Below, in pieces: positions 6,785-12,086 of a stretch of 12,086 bases of DNA. This stretch comes from a virus (lineage: Duplodnaviria > Heunggongvirae > Uroviricota > Caudoviricetes). The position numbers were made by a program, and so were the translations under genes. The notes under the pieces were generated by a model that did not search any database, was not told where the DNA came from, and saw only the letters and a program-made list of their open reading frames with translations. The DNA is taken from positions 64,001 to 76,086 of the IMG/VR virus record IMGVR_UViG_3300020718_000011, one strand, 5' to 3'. Every line of letters starts with the position of its first letter. Position 1 is the stretch's first letter.

Positions 6785-7549
6785 ATGAGTATCTATATTA
6801 CTAAAGACGGAAAAAGAGGGTTAGCTCCCTACTCCTATAAGAAGACTCTCCTAAAAGCAGGGAGTTGTTTTGCCGACGCCACCATTGCCTGGTTGGAAGG
6901 AGCGGACATACAAATGAAGTCCGATATAACTGGGTTCAGTAGTTGTGGTGGAGCAATCAATACAAATACTGGTATCATCTTTACCAGAGAGAACCTTCAA
7001 GAGATATTGGATAACCTCCCAGAAGGTGGTGTATTAAAAGTGGCAGGATGTAACAAGCTCGTACTCTCCGAGGGTGATAAATATAATAAGTCAGACAAAA
7101 CCGTCAAAGAGTCATTCGCACACGATAACATCATGGTACAATGTAACGCTACCACATTTGCACCTGGTGAGGAATCACGAGCCGAATGGGAAATACAAGA
7201 GAGTGAACGGCAAGAGATTGAGAGTAGAACCCCAAAAATAATGACTCTCCTCGAATTTTTTAACTTACCTGAAGGGAGTGAAGTATATGTAACTAACGTT
7301 GGTGTAAAAAATTATGAAAGGTTCAGGGTAAAGGTAAATAAGTCACGAGATAAACGAGAGGTCACTTCAATCACCCTATCGTCTACGACTACTAATATGA
7401 AGATACTAGTTAAAAATAGGAAAAGGATTGCACCTGATGATACTCATTATTATATTCACTTCTTTTCCACCCATAGTGGACAGGAAGTAACGAGTACTTA
7501 TTTTTATACGGCACCAGAAAATGCAATAGAAGAGTTTCGAGCATACTAA
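6785..7549 (+). CDS. Hypothetical protein (254 aa)
   Basis: Long + strand ORF inside the P5649 unit; no recognisable motif. Confidence 0.9.
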   Translation: MSIYITKDGKRGLAPYSYKKTLLKAGSCFADATIAWLEGADIQMKSDITGFSSCGGAINTNTGIIFTRENLQEILDNLPEGGVLKVAGCNKLVLSEGDKYNKSDKTVKESFAHDNIMVQCNATTFAPGEESRAEWEIQESERQEIESRTPKIMTLLEFFNLPEGSEVYVTNVGVKNYERFRVKVNKSRDKREVTSITLSSTTTNMKILVKNRKRIAPDDTHYYIHFFSTHSGQEVTSTYFYTAPENAIEEFRAY

Positions 7550-7560
7550 AATAAAAAAAT

Positions 7561-7746
7561 ATGGAAAACACAACACTACAACAAGCACTTGACAACATGC
7601 GTGGAGGTTGCGCTCACAACTTCGATAGTTCAGATAGAAAACCAGGGCCTTTTACTAACTTGGAATATAATGTGGCCAGGTGGAAAGAAAAATATGGTAC
7701 TGAAGTTCCAGAGCACGTACTAAACTATTGGAAAACAATGAGTTAA
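7561..7746 (+). CDS. Hypothetical protein (61 aa)
   Basis: A-rich leader (AAATAAAAAAAT) before the ATG; ends just before the next promoter. Confidence 0.78.
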   Translation: MENTTLQQALDNMRGGCAHNFDSSDRKPGPFTNLEYNVARWKEKYGTEVPEHVLNYWKTMS

Positions 7747-7751
7747 AATTC

Positions 7752-7808
7752 TTTAACTTTTCTTTAACAAACTAAATTTTTTTAATCAAATACTTTTAAT
7801 TACATTTG
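7752..7808 (+). promoter_or_regulatory. Promoter P7835
   Basis: TTTAAC-N5-TTTAAC 7752-7768; T-tract; TACATTTG 7801-7808. Confidence 0.85.
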
Positions 7809-7834
7809 TTATTCAAATTTCAAATTTCAAATTT

Positions 7835-8077
7835 ATGTTTACATTCATCCACAAAACAAATCCAAAAGAGGGATCAGTAGTAATTCCCGCCTCTAACGAG
7901 GAATCAGCTCGCCATAAATTAGTAGAGCTAGGTAAAAATCCACAAGACTACAAAATTGCTACACCAGACGAGAAGAAACGCGAAGAGTATCACCTGACAT
8001 CCGGTAACCCTCACGCCGATGATGACCATTCGATACCAGAAGAGGTACACGAAGCCCGTAAAGCAGTGAGTGTATAA
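7835..8077 (+). CDS. Hypothetical protein (80 aa), monocistronic
   Basis: Bracketed by promoter P7835 and terminator 8109-8133. Confidence 0.85.
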   Translation: MFTFIHKTNPKEGSVVIPASNEESARHKLVELGKNPQDYKIATPDEKKREEYHLTSGNPHADDDHSIPEEVHEARKAVSV

Positions 8078-8108
8078 CTACACTTTACGGGATTTGGAAT
8101 TTGAAAGT

Positions 8109-8133
8109 AGGTCTGCAAGTGCAGACCTTTTTT
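8109..8133 (+). terminator. Intrinsic terminator
   Basis: AGGTCTGC-AAGT-GCAGACCT perfect 8-bp stem followed by TTTTT. Confidence 0.9.
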
Positions 8134-8212
8134 ATGCCTACCCAAAATGGTTCCTCTGAAAATTTCCCCCGGGGCGCCCGCAGAACTCAAGGTCTCCTGA
8201 GTAAGAAAATCA

Positions 8213-8269
8213 TTTATAATTTCTTTAACAATTAGAATTTTTTTATTCAGAAACAATTTATTACTTTTG
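8213..8269 (+). promoter_or_regulatory. Promoter P8292
   Basis: TTTATA-N5-TTTAAC 8213-8229; T-tract; TACTTTTG 8262-8269. Confidence 0.85.
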
Positions 8270-8291
8270 TCTTAATAAAAATAAATATTCT

Positions 8292-8450
8292 ATGCTCAAG
8301 ACTATCCTAATTATTATCCTCGTTCTCATCCTCCTCGGTTATGGTGGAATGATTGGTGAAGGCGTACACGCCATACTCAACACCGTAAAGGGTATGAGTA
8401 TCACTACAATACTCGTTATTATTCTCATCATTATTCTCATACGAAAATAA
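8292..8450 (+). CDS. Small two-TM membrane protein (52 aa; not in the ORF track)
   Basis: MLKTILIIILVLILLGYGGMIGEGVHAILNTVKGMSITTILVIILIIILIRK; first ATG after P8292 at the usual ~22-nt distance; stop is 6 nt before the next ATG. Confidence 0.82.
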   Translation: MLKTILIIILVLILLGYGGMIGEGVHAILNTVKGMSITTILVIILIIILIRK

Positions 8451-8456
8451 CTCGAT

Positions 8457-9167
8457 ATGGTACACACAGGAGAACGCAAAGCACCACCAGTAAGGGTCAA
8501 GATACCCAAAGAGGACAGACCAATGAGGTTTCCGAAAGAGGAACGCATCTTCAATGATGGAAGTGGAAGACGTATGAAAGACGTGCCACCAGAGGAGATA
8601 GACGCACACAAACGGGCAATGACTAACCGAATGTCCCAATCCCACAGGGATTACCTCAAGTCATTATCACCCGAAGCACTCGCCGAGTATAAGTCTAACC
8701 AGAAATGGGCACGGGAAGAACGACAAAGAGTGAAGGAAGAAAAGGCTCGGGTCAAAGCCCAACAGGTACTCAATGAGCGGGAACTTGCCATACTGGGATA
8801 TATGGTTAAAAGTGGTACATTTTATTACCATCATGGGGAAGCGGATAATATGCACCCAGAAATTATTAAAGCCATGACCTATGTAATGGAAAATAAAAAG
8901 CATACGGAATACAATTCATATATCTGGAACTATCAAGGGGAGGGTAATAACGATATGTCGGTATCCCTCTTCGGTAAACTCTGGAGACACAGCGACTTCG
9001 AAACTATATACGATGTACCATTAGATGGAACCTGGATATTCTACGGATACGACTCGGGTGAAAGAGGCTCAGGCTCCTTCCATCGTATGAGTGCTCATCC
9101 TGCCGGTAAACCCCCATACGTTCCAAAAGTTAACCCGGGTGGACTCCCACAAATAACTGCACCATGA
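8457..9167 (+). CDS. Hypothetical protein (236 aa; charged N-terminal half, aromatic/Gly-rich C-terminal half)
   Basis: Long ORF with ATGA overlap to the next gene. Confidence 0.9.
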   Translation: MVHTGERKAPPVRVKIPKEDRPMRFPKEERIFNDGSGRRMKDVPPEEIDAHKRAMTNRMSQSHRDYLKSLSPEALAEYKSNQKWAREERQRVKEEKARVKAQQVLNERELAILGYMVKSGTFYYHHGEADNMHPEIIKAMTYVMENKKHTEYNSYIWNYQGEGNNDMSVSLFGKLWRHSDFETIYDVPLDGTWIFYGYDSGERGSGSFHRMSAHPAGKPPYVPKVNPGGLPQITAP

Positions 9168-9493
9168 CAGAGGTAAAACGAAGTGATCCGAGGGAATTAA
9201 AACCAATTACTACTAGTGTGTTTGAACAGATTAAAACCATGCTGGACCCTACTCGGGATTTTTGGATCAAAAACCTATTAGTGGAAACACGGTCTCCATT
9301 GAGGTTGAAGTATTCCTTTATTAACCTGACTAATGATCGTGATGGCGAAGACGAGTTTCTCATTGTCCACATTAAGTATAATGAGAAATTCGAAGTTGAG
9401 ATCCGTTGGAGAGATAAGGAAGATGAGTTTATTGTATGCCCAATAGAAGAGATTGGTGATGTATTTAAGAAACTTAAAATATCTGCGTCATGA
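9164..9493 (+). CDS. Hypothetical protein (109 aa)
   Basis: ATGA overlaps at both ends. Confidence 0.85.
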   Translation: MTEVKRSDPRELKPITTSVFEQIKTMLDPTRDFWIKNLLVETRSPLRLKYSFINLTNDRDGEDEFLIVHIKYNEKFEVEIRWRDKEDEFIVCPIEEIGDVFKKLKISAS

Positions 9494-9654
9494 CTAAACC
9501 ATCCAAAGGCCAGGAATACGTAAGCAGGGTACCAGGACTTACAGTTAAGGTTTTATCATATGAAGATCCCGGGGTTGGTATGTATTGGATACTAAAAGTG
9601 GAAGCACTTAATGAGGGACTAGGGGTAAAAAAAGGTGAACAAAATTTAATCTAA
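9490..9654 (+). CDS. Hypothetical protein (54 aa; not in the ORF track); may extend to 9758 via a -1 frame change
   Basis: ATGA-coupled start; reads MTKPSKGQEYVSRVPGLTVKVLSYEDPGVGMYWILKVEALNEGLGVKKGEQNLI; the -1 frame stays open from 9639 to 9758. Confidence 0.7.
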   Translation: MTKPSKGQEYVSRVPGLTVKVLSYEDPGVGMYWILKVEALNEGLGVKKGEQNLI

Positions 9655-9777
9655 TAGAAGGTACCGAAAATTCGGCGGGTGGAGCAGTTTACCTCACGTG
9701 GAGAGGTAAAAGAGTCTACTATACACATCATGTAGTGGGAATAGAAGACTTTCTTTAAACTAACCACCTAATAAATC

Positions 9778-9835
9778 CTTAACAACCCTTTAACAATATG
9801 TTTGATACAACTTATCAAACTATTCATTACTTTTG
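9778..9835 (+). promoter_or_regulatory. Promoter P9855 with perfect palindromic operator
   Basis: CTTAAC-N5-TTTAAC 9778-9794 (third phased CCTAAT at 9767-9772); GTTTGATA-N5-TATCAAAC 9800-9820; TACTTTTG 9828-9835. Confidence 0.88.
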
Positions 9836-9854
9836 TCTTATAAAATTAAAGGAT

Positions 9855-10277
9855 ATGAGAGAAAATGGCTTCTATTGGTTAAAAGGAAAACCCGGCACGG
9901 GAATAAACGAAACCTGGTTCGTTGCAGAATTCATGGACACTGGCTGGGATTTTTTCGGGGGAGTATTAGAAAACAAATACTCCTTTGACAACAAACTAAT
10001 CATCCTCGAAGAACGTCTACCCAACCCAGGAGAACCAGACTTCACTTCTCGGAGAAAACCAATACTCCCTGGACAAGTCAGACTCTATTGGGAACATGAT
10101 TGCGGTAACTCTGCAAAATCAACACCAGTAGACCTATTACCAGGAGACGTATTCTACCTCACCCCCTTCTTTAAGAACGAAATACCAATATACACGGTCT
10201 ATCGCGGCATGAGAACATACTTCACCCCGCTAGTACCCGAAATCAAAAACCAAATAAGTGAACTAACAGCTTTATAA
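9855..10277 (+). CDS. Hypothetical protein (140 aa; MRENGFYW N-terminus)
   Basis: Start moved from 9798 (inside the promoter) to ATG 9855; leader TTATAAAATTAAAGGA is the same as at P956. Confidence 0.85.
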   Translation: MRENGFYWLKGKPGTGINETWFVAEFMDTGWDFFGGVLENKYSFDNKLIILEERLPNPGEPDFTSRRKPILPGQVRLYWEHDCGNSAKSTPVDLLPGDVFYLTPFFKNEIPIYTVYRGMRTYFTPLVPEIKNQISELTAL

Positions 10278-10286
10278 TATAATACT

Positions 10287-10445
10287 ATGCCAGACCAAGA
10301 CACAAACCAAAAACACTCGGCTCAAATAGAAAAGCCCACGACCAAAGAACGCATTCTCAAAGGAGAGTTCTCATTCGAAACGGTAAACTGGACTTCCGGT
10401 GCCACACCTAAAATGTGGAATTCCAGGAAGTACTACAAGCCATAA
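10287..10445 (+). CDS. Hypothetical protein (52 aa; not in the ORF track); probably extends to 10522 via a -1 frame change
   Basis: MPDQDTNQKHSAQIEKPTTKERILKGEFSFETVNWTSGATPK..., starting 9 nt after the previous stop; the -1 frame ends TAA 10520-10522 abutting ATG 10523. Confidence 0.68.
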   Translation: MPDQDTNQKHSAQIEKPTTKERILKGEFSFETVNWTSGATPKMWNSRKYYKP

Positions 10446-10522
10446 CGGCACTCCGCGACGAATGCCAACGGCAAATTGACAACCAGGAAAAATGTCCGTT
10501 CCACACCAAAAAATCATCCTAA

Positions 10523-10915
10523 ATGCGTAAACCAAAGAAACGAATATTCATCCCTGGTGGACCCAAGATAAACACATCCGCATGCCCCAATGCGTTGTCC
10601 ACCAAATTTAAAAACACCAGGATTACCCTACTCGAGGACAAGGAATTTGGCCCCGAAGGGCATAAGGAACATGGTAACATCTTCCAATTCGTCCGTGCAC
10701 AAGAAACGGACATAGAAGCGTATTGCCTAAGAAAGAAACTCCGCGTACTCAACGGCAAAGCCACTACTATCTGTGAAATAGGACTTACCGACGAAGCACT
10801 CGAAGCCATGTACATCATGCTCCGGGTCAGGTTCGAAGGCATACCCAAAGAGTGGAGAAAGAAATCTCACCCACTCACCGACGAACAAATACAAGAAGCT
10901 ACTCAAACCATATAA
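10523..10915 (+). CDS. Hypothetical protein (130 aa)
   Basis: + strand ORF consistent with the operon orientation. Confidence 0.85.
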   Translation: MRKPKKRIFIPGGPKINTSACPNALSTKFKNTRITLLEDKEFGPEGHKEHGNIFQFVRAQETDIEAYCLRKKLRVLNGKATTICEIGLTDEALEAMYIMLRVRFEGIPKEWRKKSHPLTDEQIQEATQTI

Positions 10916-10946
10916 ATATATTCAAATATCATCTAAACGATAACCA

Positions 10947-11135
10947 ATGGCACAATCAACCACAATAGCACAAGACCATCTGGAACTATCCAACGCAGTC
11001 CACTATGCACTAATGCTCTCCGAGAACATACTCAAGAGAACAGACCTCACAGAAGACCAAAAGGACCAGTACCTGGCAATACACACAGCCGAAAAGATGT
11101 GCGACCATAAACTAACTACCAATGGCAAAAACTAA
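10947..11135 (+). CDS. Hypothetical protein (62 aa)
   Basis: Helical, protein-like sequence; 14-nt overlap with the next gene. Confidence 0.75.
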   Translation: MAQSTTIAQDHLELSNAVHYALMLSENILKRTDLTEDQKDQYLAIHTAEKMCDHKLTTNGKN

Positions 11136-11406
11136 AACTCCGAAACAATTACAAGACCATATAGGTCGTAAAGCTAAACTACTCAGGGACAATCCACTTG
11201 TCTCGGAGATAGCCATAGACTTCCTCAAGAAGTTCGCCAATAGCGAGGTTAAAGTACCCTCAGACCTATACGACCTATACAAAAAGGAGTTCAATGCCAT
11301 CGACATACCTAATCCCATCCTCTCACTAAAATTACCAACACCAGCTATTATACATTACCACAGATGGCATCGAGTCAGAAGGTACTCTTATAGAAATACT
11401 ACCTAA
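11122..11406 (+). CDS. Hypothetical protein; true C-terminus probably in the +1 frame ending at 11515
   Basis: N-terminal 70 aa look protein-like; a startless 61-codon frame runs 11330-11515. Confidence 0.7.
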   Translation: MAKTKTPKQLQDHIGRKAKLLRDNPLVSEIAIDFLKKFANSEVKVPSDLYDLYKKEFNAIDIPNPILSLKLPTPAIIHYHRWHRVRRYSYRNTT

Positions 11407-11537
11407 CGACCACCCAAAAGAAAATCGACCCTACTGCTGGTTCCTTCCCACAAAAGGTCAAGGTCCAAAAGTAATGGTCTTCCTCGATGAGGTAAGCCCA
11501 ATAAATCTAAAGTAAAGAAAAGAAAAGAAAATAGTAT

Positions 11538-11642
11538 ATGAGAACTACAAAAGATAAAAAACGAAACAATCAAACAAAACCAACCCCAGCCAAAAAGAAA
11601 AAATTAAGACCCTCTAATATATTTACCAAATGGCCTGAGTAG
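11538..11642 (+). CDS. Possible small basic peptide (34 aa)
   Basis: MRTTKDKKRNNQTKPTPAKKKKLRPSNIFTKWPE lies before the last terminator; could be a by-product of A-rich DNA. Confidence 0.35.
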   Translation: MRTTKDKKRNNQTKPTPAKKKKLRPSNIFTKWPE

Positions 11643-11689
11643 GAATAAACACCTCTTTATCTTGGCATAGGATAAACTATGAACCCTTC

Positions 11690-11716
11690 AAGGCCCGCAA
11701 CGTGCGGGCCTTTTTT
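11690..11716 (+). terminator. Intrinsic terminator
   Basis: AAGGCCCGCA-ACG-TGCGGGCCTT perfect 10-bp stem followed by TTTT. Confidence 0.92.
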
Positions 11717-12010
11717 ACGGAATCCAAATCCATTCCCCCATTTCATTTCCAATCGAATGCGCCCCAACAAACTCTCCTCTCTATTAATTTTTTATAACTA
11801 TTATCACCCAATTTGGGGGCATAAATATTATTCACTTGGTCATTAATTTGGTCGATTTTAAGCATGATTTAAAGCGACCAAATTTCTTTTTAATATCTTC
11901 ATTAAGGAATAATCTATGGGTCGCTTAAATTGAAAGTATTTTAACCAAATAATTAGAGGATTTCTTTAATGCTACCAACTAACAAACCCCTATCTAAACG
12001 ATTCTCGCCC

Positions 12011-12086
12011 GCCTCGTACTCTCGCCTCGTACTCTCGCCTCGTACTCTCGCCTCGTACTCTCGCCTCGTACTCTCGCCTCGTACTC
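12011..12086. repeat. Perfect 13-bp tandem repeat (GCCTCGTACTCTC) x5.85, running off the window end
   Basis: Units start at 12011, 12024, 12037, 12050, 12063 and 12076 (partial, 11 nt); no spacers. Confidence 0.97.

Noticed and set aside
420-11318. All minus-strand ORFs in the track and the + strand overlap 1528-1767
   Set aside because: They overlap better-supported + strand genes or promoters, lack promoter context and look like shadow frames.
12011-12086. CRISPR array
   Set aside because: 13-bp head-to-tail units with no spacers and no cas genes.
12011-12086. Minus strand of the array contains AGTACGAG, the first 8 nt of the sarcin-ricin loop AGUACGAGAGGA
   Set aside because: Tempting next to a GAC mimic, but the AGUA is not followed by C-GAGA-G-GAA, so the SRL fold cannot form; an 8-nt post hoc match with no promoter evidence.
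1-12086. Stop-codon reassignment as seen in some Bacteroidota phages
   Set aside because: Genes pack tightly under the standard code, with TAA, TAG and TGA all used as real ends; the anomalies are frame shifts, not in-frame stops.

Overview
Most likely an early or host-takeover region of a large dsDNA phage infecting a Bacteroidota host; this is inferred from the architecture, as no hallmark phage gene is present. About 27 short hypothetical genes all lie on the + strand. They fall into short transcription units defined by 8 related promoters carrying the Bacteroidota sigma-A -7 box (TAnnTTTG) and by 4 intrinsic terminators. Only one protein family is recognisable (DUF6011-like), plus a 3-member paralogue family. 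The standout feature is a ~144-nt intergenic RNA (4366-4509) that reproduces the 23S rRNA GTPase-associated centre (L11/thiostrepton site, H43-H44). It has compensatory base changes, its own 12-bp closing stem and a 72-nt structured insert, so it looks like a stand-alone rRNA mimic rather than an rRNA gene. Other observations: a phased TAAC box 33-34 nt upstream of every -7 box, a palindromic operator in two promoters, four reading-frame breaks at short homopolymers (possibly sequencing errors), several small ORFs missing from the ORF track, and a 13-bp tandem array running off the right end. All alignments, counts and folds were done by eye.
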